Assembly: GCF_011386835.1 (NCBI RefSeq)
Contig: NC_088803.1
Span: 12,834,001-12,898,000, forward strand
DNA: 64,000 bases
Direction: 5' to 3'
DNA from: Chrysemys picta bellii
Taxonomy: Eukaryota
Shown here: positions 24,151 to 34,934 of the stretch, one piece after another
How the letters are laid out: each line of letters opens with the position of its first letter
Numbering within the stretch: position 1 is the first letter of the stretch
Program-made: the position numbers and the translations under genes
Notes under the pieces: generated by a model
Told to the model about the DNA's origin: nothing
The model's database searches: none
What the model saw: the letters and a program-made list of their open reading frames with translations, nothing else

Positions 24151-25113
24151 ATGTGCAACCAAACCACTGTGACCGAGTTCCTTCTTCTGGGATTCTCTGA
24201 CATTCGGGAGCTGCAGATTTTGCACTTTGTGGTGTTTCTAATGATGTATCTGGCAGGCCTGATGGGAAATCTTCTCACCATCACAGCCATAGCCCTCAAC
24301 CACCATCTTCACACCCCCATGTACTTCTTCCTGGTGAATCTGTCCATCCTGGACCTTGGATTCATCTCCATCACCATCCCCAAATCCATGGCCAATTCCC
24401 TCATGAACACCAGCGTGATTTCTTATCCTGGATGTGTCACCCAAGTCTTTCTCTTCATGTTCCTTGGTTCAGCTGATCTCGGCATCCTGACTGTCATGGC
24501 GTATGACCGATATGTCGCCATCTGTCAACCACTGCACTATGAGAGAGTGATGAACAGGACAGCTTGTGTCCAAATGGCAGCCAGTGCCTGGATCAGTGGT
24601 ATTCTTTACTCTGCCCTGCACACTGGGAACACATTTGCAATATCCTTCTGTGGCAGTAACAGAGTGGATCAGTTCTTCTGTGACATCCCCCAGCTACTCA
24701 AGCTCGCCTGCTCTGATTCAGACCTCAGTGAAACTGGGGCTATTGTCTTCAGTGCATGCTTAGCGTTAAGCTGCTTTGTTTTCATAATTGTGTCATATGT
24801 TCAGATCTTCAAAACTGTGCTGAGAATCCCATCTGAGCAGGGCCGGCATAAAGCCTTCTCCACCTGCCTGCCTCACCTCATTGTGGTCCCTTTGTTTATT
24901 TTCACTGCCATATTTGCCTACCTGAAACCCACCTCAAGTTCCACATCACGGCTGGATCTCTTGCTGGATGTTCTCTATGCTGTGGTGCCTCCAATCCTGA
25001 ATCCGGTCATCTACAGCATGAGGAACAAGGAGATCAAAACTGCCTTGAGGAAATTGATTGGATGGAGATTATTCACGACAAATAAAATGTCCATTTTTCT
25101 CGTTTGTTTTTAA
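24151..25113 (+). CDS. Olfactory receptor, class II, family-14-like (320 aa), intact
   Basis: MCNQTTVTEFLLLGFS, LHTPMYFFL, MAYDRYVAICQPLHY, KAFSTCLPHL and PPILNPVIYSMRN; acceptor CAG ends at 24123. Confidence 0.95.
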   Translation: MCNQTTVTEFLLLGFSDIRELQILHFVVFLMMYLAGLMGNLLTITAIALNHHLHTPMYFFLVNLSILDLGFISITIPKSMANSLMNTSVISYPGCVTQVFLFMFLGSADLGILTVMAYDRYVAICQPLHYERVMNRTACVQMAASAWISGILYSALHTGNTFAISFCGSNRVDQFFCDIPQLLKLACSDSDLSETGAIVFSACLALSCFVFIIVSYVQIFKTVLRIPSEQGRHKAFSTCLPHLIVVPLFIFTAIFAYLKPTSSSTSRLDLLLDVLYAVVPPILNPVIYSMRNKEIKTALRKLIGWRLFTTNKMSIFLVCF

Positions 25114-25404
25114 GTCCCTTCTATGTTTCCTTAGAAATAAATTAACTGCTAACATAAATAAATAGATGCCATCTATTGAGGCATTTTTCATCTCTTTGAT
25201 GGGGTTTTGTGAATGAGCTGAATGTTTTCTTTCCACAATGATAAAGGGGTGCAGAAGAGATATCTGCATGGTTGATTTCCTGTTGAAATAATTTTACAAA
25301 TACGGATGGGATATCAACATCACTGATTTAATACTGACCTGGCTCTGTCCCAAAGACATTAGGCTAAGTTCAATAGTGACATAAACATTGGGTTAAGTAG
25401 TGTT

Positions 25405-25605
25405 GTTGAAGCCATGTTGGTCCCAGGATATCAGAGAGACAAGGTGGATGAAGTAATATATTTTATTGAATCATCTTCTGCAGGTGAGAGAGACAAGCTT
25501 TCAAACTTATACAGAGCTTTTCTTCAGATCTGAAGATGAGCTCTGAGTAAGTTTGAAAACTTGTCTCTCTCACCAACAAAATTGCTCCACCTTCTCTCTC
25601 TAATA
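25405..25605. mobile_element. Penelope-like pseudo-LTR fragment (second family) with a degenerate hammerhead-like motif
   Basis: gagagacaaggtggatgaagtaata...gagagacaagctttc...ctgaagatgagctc...gaaaacttgtctctctcacc, partly palindromic. Related copies at 5635-5723 plus 6839-6930, 14650-14820 and 59150-59285. Confidence 0.6.
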
Positions 25606-26912
25606 AATACTGGTGTGAGTTATGTGTCTGGTGTCATATCATTATAATATTGGTGTAAGTGGAAAAGTGCCATCACATGCACTGACCCGGCATTTCATGC
25701 ACCATCCAGTGTAAATCTATTCACACCCAAGCTGAGACAGGGTCTCCCAAACTGGCCTATTATTAATCTTCAAATACCATCTTTTTGCATGGTTATGTAC
25801 ACTACATATATGATGTACAAAAGCATAGTAAGTAATTCAAGAGACAGGGCAAGAAATAGTCCTTACACAGAACTATATAACTGTCACTTGATTCTATATG
25901 TACATCTATATGATTCCACTGGGTTCCTGGTTGTGGATAAGTGCATCCTAGCAGTCCAGACTGAGACACACATCCCTTCTGGTCAGTGTCTCCCACTGGG
26001 TATTCTAGGGGCCTCCTTGCTGAGTGAACTGGCTTTTGTGGATCCTATTCTGAGGTGTCTGTCTCTCCCTGTTCATTGTATAGGGAGCCGGGGCACCTAA
26101 CACAGGCTTTGTGTATCCTGATGCTTGTAGAGCACCTAAAGGCCACATTTTAAAGGTATTTAGGAGCCTTGTGTGATTTCTATAAGTATGAATTTAGGGT
26201 TTTGAAAGTTTAGAGTCTGTGCCAATCTCAGCGGAGATAGGGACCATCTCACCTCTAGATCACATGGAACAATGTGGTCCCAAGTGTGCATAAGGCAAAA
26301 GGTCATTCCATTCACTGGATATATGACAGTCCATGGTAGCTGGGCACCTTTGAAAATGAAGTTGGCTGGAAAAAGCCAGCTGAGGGCTTTGTAAAATGGG
26401 AATTGATTCAGATTCAGATTTAACAAATTGCCCCCTCTCTTTACTATTGGCCAAACAAAACCACCAGAAACAAATATCCTCAAGTTTTGGAGTGTTCAGC
26501 ATCCAAGCTAGCATTCATTGCTGCCTTTATAGGGACCATTCCCTCTCTATGTACAAGTGGCAATGTTGCCATAAGCATCAATGGTTAGTAAGAATCTTCT
26601 GATGGATTTGAGGTGGCCTGTATGAAATGGACTGGGGATCTTTGTGCAGTTCCCTGATGATGTGTGTTCCCAATACACAAACATCAACCTTACTGGCAAT
26701 ATATTTCCACCTTTGTGTCCCATTACTATAGAGAGGCACAGGGACATGAAGAAGAGAATCCTCTGTCATCTACAGCAAGGGTCCCACTAGGGCAGGGTAA
26801 ATGCCCATTTTCAGGGAATGGTGAGCGGGGGAAGATTGCCCAGCTGCAGGTTCTATGTGCTTTATTAAAAATGTAAGACTTCATATCCTAGGGATAATGA
26901 TCTGAACACTAA

Positions 26913-27313
26913 GGCCTAGTCCACACTACAGGATTAGCTTGACATAACCTGCCTTGTGTAGACCTAGCAGTAGAAGTGTCTTTGCTTAAATTTTGCTCCT
27001 GCCAACATGAGTGGTTCTGTACACCAATTTAGTAACACCATCTCTCCAAGCAACGTAGACTCATGATTGATGTAATTAGGTTGACACAGTGTCAATGTAG
27101 ACACTGTGTTGCTTATGTTGACTGTTACTGGCATTCAGGAGATGTCCCATATTGCCCCACACTGACAATACAATCAGTACAAGCGCTCCTGGTGAGGACG
27201 CACAAGGCTAAAACAAGGAGCCAAGTGTGCGCACACACAAGCATTTTAATAACTGTGGTAGCTGTATGCCAAAGTAAATCAGGTCAACATAACTCTGTAG
27301 TGTAGACATGGCC
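26913..27313. mobile_element. PIF/Harbinger-type non-autonomous element (MITE)
   Basis: TIRs GGCCTAGTCCACACTACA / TGTAGTGTAGACATGGCC flanked by TAA/TTA; subterminal sequence shared with 34935-37183. Confidence 0.8.
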
Positions 27314-29244
27314 TTAGGGTTAGGGTGAGGCAAAGAAAATTAGGACACAAGTGGGCAAGACAAAAAAACCCCTGTGTATTAAGGATGGAATAATCAATTC
27401 CAGTCAATGTGCAGTCAGTGAGAGTTGGGCACCTAACTCCCTTAGGCCACTCTGACAATCCATGTCACAGATCACTGCCTGGAGCAAGAGTCCACTGTAT
27501 CGTTCCACATTCTGCAGCACCCAGAGCCTACTTACTGCAGATTCAGTTTCAAGTCCCTTCAGAGGACCAAGCCCATTCCCAGCACCTCTCCATGGAACTC
27601 AGTGGATTTCTAGCCAGGATACATTGGGCCCATGCTGTTGAACTGTTTTCTGTTCACTCCCCTGCTAATGCCCACTGGGGATAACCACAGCTCGGTGGCC
27701 CTCATGGGAATTTTCTATGGAATTCCTCATTCGGTCTGTTTTTTTAATTGCTTTGGTTGCTATCAACACTTGAATCCCTGTGCTGTTGATACACCTTTGA
27801 ACACCATGCAGAAGCTTAATGCTATGGAAGAGACTGGCACAGATTGTGCCCACTGCCCATTTGAAGGGACATGAGGTCTCAGTTCACACCCCATTTCCAT
27901 GTGAATGCTACAGACATCTCACAGCAGGATTGCCCAGGATGGCTCAGGAGATTAGAGATGAAGCAGCTGCTTTCACCTCTAACTCACCTGTTCAAACCTA
28001 GCCCCAATGAGTACTGACCCAGTGTCCTCCCTTTTTGACTTCTGAAGAAAGATTGACTTTGTGTCTCAACTCCTTGGACACTTAATAACAGCACCCCCCA
28101 GCCATCCCCTCCATCCAAGCTGGAACAGCTGACCCCCGTTAGCAGCCTCAGCAGAAACCAAGGACACATTCTGATCAGAAGAGACCATCTCAAAAGTGGA
28201 AGAGACTAGTTCAGTCTCTGATTCCCTGCCACTTCATGGCTTCTCCATGGACACTGTGATAGCCATCAAAGGCGACATTTTTTGCCATGTAAAGACGTGG
28301 TGGGTTTTGTAGAGATGAGTTCAAAGCTGATGCATATGATCCATCATTTCCTTATGAGCCAAATCCATATCATTTTGAGGATTCTTCAATGGTTGTATTT
28401 GCTGTCATGTTACTTTTAAGAGTATTTGCCATAATTATTTGGAGACACATTTTCAAATGTTGCTTTTATTTTGCACTCTGAAAGAACTCCAGATTTGCAC
28501 ACAAAAGCTACATATTTAGACAGGAATTTCAAAGGAATCTAAGGCAGTTTATTCACTAGATAAGAATTCATAAGAACTTGATTCAGGCCCAGGATGTCAT
28601 AGGTATTTAGGTGTCTAACTCCCATGGGCCTCGGGTCCTTTTTTCTCCATTGACATACTTAGTGACTTTGGTAAATAGCCAATACTTAGTGCTTTACAGG
28701 AAGGTCAGAAATCACTTTGCCCAGTGGTGGACATGGGATGTAATTTTCTTCTGATGCTCATAGGCCATTAGGCAACAAATTAAATGGCCAGATTGTCAAA
28801 GAAACACAATACACTGGGTGTTGAATAAAGCTGCTCATGAAATGATTTGTTTGTTTGCTTGCTTGTCAAAAATTTTCTTGGGAATTTTTTTTGAGGTTTC
28901 TTCAAAAAACCCTAAAGACAAAAATAATAATAAATAAATAAACCAAACAAAAACCTGATTTTTTTTTCTTTAGGGAAAAAAAACAAAAATTTCAATGAGA
29001 ACTGATTTTTTTGAAGAAATTTTCAAGGGGAAATATCAGATGAGTTTGCAAAATGAAAAGTTAAAAACAAAGAATTGGAAAGTGTCAAGAAAAAAGCCAA
29101 AATTTCGGAGTGAAACATTTAGTCAAAGTTATCTTATTTTTGACATTTCAAAATGTCAGTACTTTTGGCATTTTTGATGTGTTGAAAATAAGATGACAGT
29201 GAAATAATAGAAAGAAGCCCATTTGTGAGTTATTGTTATAGCAG

Positions 29245-29246
<2 letters not shown>

Positions 29247-29312
<66 letters not shown>
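29247..29312. repeat. (GT)33 microsatellite
   Basis: Direct reading. Confidence 0.97.
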
Positions 29313-29316
<4 letters not shown>

Positions 29317-31453
29317 GACTAGCTCTGGGCCTGGTAAGAAACAGGGAGAGACAAGAGCAAAAGGAAGAAAGCAAAGCAGCAGGCTGTAAGTACAGTGTGA
29401 ACCTGGGAGGAGCCCACAAAAAGGTTCTGGGCTTGTGGATGAACTAAGCTTGGATCTGTAAACTAAGAAACTACTCCTTTTGTCTTTGGTTCCTCCTCCT
29501 ACAGAGAAGCAGGAATTTGTACATTCCTTGTAACTAAACACGATTGCATCAAAGAAAGTACAAGATTTTATCATCATTTTCTACTTCCAGCTGGAATGAG
29601 CTACCAGGCCCCAAACTCTGGCTATCCACTTGGGTCAAAAAGGGGCAACATATCCAAACTCATGTTATTGAGATCAATGCAGGGGTAAACAGGTGAAATC
29701 TAATGGTTTGTAATATACAGAAGATCAGACCATATAATCTTTTGGTCCGTTTTGGGCTTAAACTCTAGGAATCGATGACTTTATAGAGCTGCTCTCCACT
29801 ATGCTTGCATCTGGTTCTAACAGATTTTAGCACATTGATTATTTCCCCCTTAAAGGTTGGACCAACACAAAAAGGAAACAACCATGGTGTCATAATGACA
29901 CTTGAGAAGCATAATTTGACATTGATAAGAGGTAGCCATTTCCCCTTCTGGATTAACACCCACCAAAAATAACCCAGATATTCACCCAGGGTCATCAAAT
30001 GCAGTATATAAAGTACAGGAGGAAAAGGTCATACAACCATCAGCCAGCTACTCTGTATTAATGAATTTATGGAAATTAATACCCTCAAAGAACACATGAA
30101 TATGCCATTGTTTGCTTAATTGAGACTAAAAGCTTTATAATACAATGTAGAAAGCCCAAGTTTTAGAATAATGTTAACATTGATGGACCCACTAATTAAT
30201 GAAAAGAACACCTCAGAGGGCCTGATTCCCATTGGTTGGCCAAGCCTATGAAGGTCTTACAATTAACTTGACAGCATTTCTCTGTCTATATACTCTGATA
30301 ACTTTTGAATAGCACATCTGATCAGTTCCAAAATTTCAGGGAATATTTTAGGAATCAATGGCCAGAATCCAGCTTATTTTGGGAAAAAACAACAGAGGAA
30401 AAATATGGGACACATGGAGCTCCTGCCATATGATTAGCACATCCACAACTACAACCACCTTTGCAATTGTCGGTAGCTCATAGAATTGGTCCACCATTAA
30501 AGTCTTCCACCATAACAATACTCTATTTCATCTTTGTCAGTCCTCCCAATAGAGTTTAACATCTTGACATCTTGCATTACTCATAGAGAAAGAAGACAAA
30601 TAACTAGGGGAAAGACTAGGAGAAAATGTAGGGGAAAGGAGGGAATGGGGGTGTACACAGCCCCTGGCATGGAGAGGGAGAGAACATGGGGACACTGGTC
30701 AGGGGACAAAGGCACACATACAACCACTGCTATGGGGGAAGGATGGAGGCCCTGGTATTGGAGGAGGGCAGGATGAGGGACACAATGAACTTCTGGTGGA
30801 GGGGAGATTGGTGGAGCTCCAGGGAGGAAGGCTAAAAACACATCTATTTGTGTAACTATTCACACAAATTATTACCAAATACTTCATCTATGGTAATTCA
30901 CTCTACTTAAGCTCAGGAAAATATATAAGAAATGTAGTCAGAAGGGCTAGAGAAAATGTGGAGGTATAGTGATGCCCTAAGGTTATCAGACAGAAATATT
31001 ACAACGTTTTAGGAGAAAATTAATAGATCTTTCAAGATTACTAAAGTTAGCCCACCTGCTGAACTCACAGCTATAGAACAAAGTGGGTTATTGACTCAGG
31101 GAAGGACCGATTCACCATTATTGCTAGTAGCCAGATCTGTGAGAGCTCATGTTTGGAGAAGGACAGATCCACTAACATTAGTAGCATGGAGAAATAAAGT
31201 ATGGGAAATCCTTCCAATGGAGAAAATGGCAGAGATCCCTAGCTCAGGGTCAAGTAGAATGCATAAGGAATTAATACCATGTCTGGCAGCTGAACATCAC
31301 AAATACAAACTTCATGCTAAGAGGCTCACCAATACAATTTTCCCCCATGTCACATACAGTAATTGTGAATGAAAACATTTAATCTGATGGGAAGTTCATG
31401 CAAGATAATTATTACAAAATGGAAAAAAAGCTCATCCAAGATAAATTCCATCC

Positions 31454-32395
31454 TTATAATTTCCTCTCTGAGAAAAGGATTCTTCTCATCAGTCTCCTGA
31501 TGGCTTTTTTCATCTCAGCATTTTTCAGGGTGTAGATCATTGCATTAATCATCGGGGTGATTAGGGTGAAAAAGACTGAGGCCAACTTGTCCATGGGGAA
31601 TTTCCGGAAGGGCCGAGCATAGATGAAGGTGGAAGGTATGAATTGTAAACACACAACTGTGATCTGGGTTCCACAGGTGGAGAGAGCTTTGCGCTTCCCA
31701 TCTGTGACGTGTTTCTTTATCTTGACTAAGATGATGGTGTATGAAATGAGCAGGATGATGAACATTACTATGACAAGCATCCCGCTGTTGGAGACCATCA
31801 GCAACTCAACCAAGTAGGTGTCAGTGCAGGCCAGTTTGATGACTTGTGGGACATCACAGTAGAAATTATCCAGGATGTTTGGACCACAGAATGGCAACCG
31901 GAGGACCAGTGCGATCTGAACAATTGAGTGAGCCAATCCACCCATCCATGCCCCTGCCACCAGGCCCACACACACACCCTGGTTCATGATATTCAAGTAA
32001 CGCAATGGTTTATAGATAGCTACATACCGATCAACTGCCATCAACACAAAAACTAAAATTGCAGCACCAGCGAAGAAGTGGAAGAAGAAGATCTGGAGGA
32101 TGCACTCATTGAATGAGATGATTCTGTGCTGGGAGAGGAGACCCAACAGCAATTTGGGAGCAGTGACTGATGAGTCGCTGACATCTAGGAAAGCCAAGTT
32201 GGCCAGCAGGAAGTACATAGGGGTGTGGAGCTGGTGCTCAGTTATCACAGTGATGATGATGGTAACATTTCCCACCCAGGTTGTAAGGTACACTATGAAG
32301 AAGATGATGAAGAGGCATCGCTGAATCTCAGGACTCTGGGTGAGGCCCAAAAGGACAAATTCTGTCACTGTGGAGCTGAGGTTCTGCTGTTCCAT
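31454..32395 (-). CDS. Olfactory receptor, class II, family-4-like (313 aa), open but with atypical motifs
   Basis: MEQQNLSSTVTEFVLLGL, LHTPMYFLLANL, MAVDRYVAIYKPLRY, CGPNILDNFYCDVPQVIKLACTD, KALSTCGTQ and TPMINAMIYTLKN. Candidate acceptor (cctctgtag) 20 nt before the ATG. Confidence 0.92.
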   Translation of the reverse strand: MEQQNLSSTVTEFVLLGLTQSPEIQRCLFIIFFIVYLTTWVGNVTIIITVITEHQLHTPMYFLLANLAFLDVSDSSVTAPKLLLGLLSQHRIISFNECILQIFFFHFFAGAAILVFVLMAVDRYVAIYKPLRYLNIMNQGVCVGLVAGAWMGGLAHSIVQIALVLRLPFCGPNILDNFYCDVPQVIKLACTDTYLVELLMVSNSGMLVIVMFIILLISYTIILVKIKKHVTDGKRKALSTCGTQITVVCLQFIPSTFIYARPFRKFPMDKLASVFFTLITPMINAMIYTLKNAEMKKAIRRLMRRILFSERKL

Positions 32396-33539
32396 TCACT
32401 GGCCTCAAAACATGCCTACAGAGGCAACTGTAATAATTAGTATGAAGAAGTTCTTATTACTCCCTCCTTAAATTACTAATGTTAAGTAAGTATTAACTCC
32501 TCTTAACTGAATTTGGTTTAGGAATTTCCTTAGCTCAGTCAGCCTCAGTGGAGGGCAACCCTGCTTCAGCTGACCCTAGGAGCTACACCAATGGTCATCC
32601 TCAGTTCTGGGGTAATTAGGAGTGAAGGAGAGCAACCTACAATTCAAGATCATGTCTAACTGCTGCCTCCATTCACCTTCCTGCAGTTCTGATGCTGCAC
32701 ATCTCCTGAGGCCCGGAGGGTCAGGGTTGAGTGGAATGTGGGTTTCAGAGAGTGCTTTTAAGTTGGACTTCTCAGAGTCCAATGGTTCTCAAAATGCAGG
32801 TCACAAAGAAGTGTCAGGAGATCATGATGACCAAAATGCCCTTCCTATATTCACAAGTTACAGGGAAGTCGCAGGTAGCTCCTGGTCTAGACTGAAGAGG
32901 AATTGAATTGAAAATTTTGAGAACCACTGATTTACAGGATTCACATACCCAACCTGTGGCCTTGATGTGAGAGGTATTGAACATCTGTAGCCCACATTAA
33001 CAAAGTGATGGTAGTTGTCCCCTTCTAGTGGCTACAAGAAGAGAAGGAATTAAATCTTTTTCTCTTTAGCAGAAATTGCATGTGTTCCCCACATGTGAAA
33101 TAAATATAGTTACTGTAATGAGATGTCCATGGATTCTGGTGCTTAATTTTAAATACCTCTATTTAAAAGCTGTGAACACTGGAATATTTCCATGAATGAA
33201 TAGAGATATAAATATTGAAAACTACTGTGGGGTTATGGATGCTCAACTCCCATTAACATTTTAAAAAATCTCTAGAAGTAGTTGGCAAAAAAAAATGTTC
33301 CCAATAATGTTCTCAAGAAATTGTCAATATTTCTAATTTTACAAGGTTAAATTTCTAAAGCAAGAAAATGAAAATTTTCACATCATTGGCAATCAAATCC
33401 CATTTTTCATTTAATTTGTAAACAAGGATTTGTTTATTTTTTATTTCAAATTGAAATTTAACTTTTAACTTTAATTCTTCTTTACTGGTGGGGAGTCAAA
33501 CATATTTGAAATCTGTTGTTATGAAGAATACCATCAGTA

Positions 33540-33740
33540 CCTGGCTCTTTATATCTACAGACCTAAAAGTGCTTTACAAAGGAGGTTGGTATCATTATAC
33601 CCATTCTACAAATGCAGAACTGAGGCACAGGCACGTGAAGTGAGTTGCACAAGGTCCCCCAGCCAGACATTGAAAAAGCCAGGAAAAGAACAGAGACCTC
33701 TGCAGTCCTGGTTCCATGCTCGCTCCACTAGGCCATGCTA
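33540..33740 (-). mobile_element. MIR-like ancient SINE
   Basis: cccattctacaaatgcagaactgaggcacag...gtgagttgcacaaggtc CORE-SINE signature. Confidence 0.7.
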
Positions 33741-33917
33741 CTTTCAGTCTTGCACCATTCCCCCATTTTCATCCCTTTTTTTCATTACTTCAAGATTTTT
33801 CTCTCCAAACACTGAGTTTTGAGGAAAGCTCATATTTCTACAGGAAATAGATTTTGCCAAAGCATGTCAGCCAGCCGGAAATGTCTCCTCCTTTATGGAT
33901 AGGGCCAGGTTACTATG

Positions 33918-34048
33918 TGAACATAGGAATGGCTGTACTGGGTCAGATAAAACAGTTCATCTAGCCCAGCATCCTGTCTGCTGACAGCGGCCAATGCCAG
34001 GTGCCCCAGAGGGAATGAACAGAACAAGTAATCATCAAGTGATCCACA
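33918..34048 (-). mobile_element. Short CR1 3' fragment
   Basis: acataggaatggctgtactgggtcaga...atcatcaagtgatcca, homologous to 19990-20125. Confidence 0.8.
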
Positions 34049-34934
34049 TGTGCTGTAGGGGGGGATGGCTCTGTGAGTAAAGTACTGGCCTCCGACTTTG
34101 GAGATTTGGGTTCAGCTTTTGCCCTGCCATGGACAGCTTCTGGGACTCTGGGTAACTCACATCTCCACTTGGTCTAGGATTTTCAAGTAGTAAGAGAGTT
34201 AGGCACAGGGAATCTCATTCAGGTTTTATCCAGAGATCAGGGCTGTATTTTTTCCAGTTTTCACGTCCCTGCTCCAGAGATAAAACCTTTCAGCTCAGAG
34301 CAGCACCGACCTGCTGCCATAAGAAACACCTGGTCAGACAGAGCTAGTCATATAATTTTGGGTGGTAAAGGGTCTATGGATTGTTCTCCTCCTAACTCAC
34401 TTAGGTTCCTGTAAGATCCATGCCAGTATATGAGCTCACCAGCACCCACTTCCTCTCTGCAGTAACAATGCCTAGCGCTAGTACCACATTGTAGATCTTA
34501 TACAACAAGAATCATTACCTCACTCAAACTCTGTGCTGTTGATCTCAGAGCCGGTCACCTCCAAACAATTGAGGATGATCTGGGGAAGTCACATCTCACA
34601 TCTGAACCTTGCTCTTCTGACTGGCTGGAGCAGGGGACCTGGTTCCAAACAGGAGAGAGTGATGGAAATCTATCCCTTATATCCCATCTGACCCATGCAC
34701 CAAGACTGGTGCTAGGATCAAAGACTCACTGAAATCCCCCTGAGCTTTACTGAGCCAGATTGAGAGAGTTGCTGCTTCGGAGATTTGAGAAATCAATCTC
34801 AAGTGAAATGATTAATAAATTCCTGGAGTTTTTCATTTTGTTTATGTTTCTTTTTAGCCACTCATACTGAACAGGCTTTGGAAATTTACCAGATGGTCTG
34901 AGCCTGAGACAAAGAGGCTCTATGGGGCACAGGG

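Larger units (their letters stand above)
19700..25130. repeat. Third, older OR14-like duplication unit (upstream region plus gene), homologous to ~8520-13260
   Basis: Collinear homology (e.g. 20485-20580 vs 91-185; 21721 vs 1621; 24000-24150 vs 3392-3545) interrupted by unit-specific insertions. Confidence 0.9.
31380..34200. repeat. OR4-like duplication unit, homologous to ~42840-45400
   Basis: Shared coding sequence, shared upstream hAT-like fragment (...ttgagaaccactga at ~32925 and ~44375) and shared MIR-like head (~34060-34170 vs ~45290-45395). Confidence 0.8.

Noticed and set aside
25528-25565. Second-family Penelope hammerhead-like motif (also minus strand ~14737-14775)
   Set aside because: Stem II and helix III are disrupted by substitutions, so it is unlikely to fold.
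26540-26760. Faint OR-like peptide (AYGNIATC) on the minus strand
   Set aside because: Too weak, and no other OR motifs are in register.
27380-28300. GC-balanced stretch with several short ORFs, possibly a decayed coding sequence
   Set aside because: I recognised no protein motif in any frame I translated; it needs blastx or RepeatMasker.
33017-33032. CTCF-like GCCACTAGAAGGGGAC upstream of the OR4-like gene
   Set aside because: Several core mismatches, and it is weaker still in the paralog (44476-44491).
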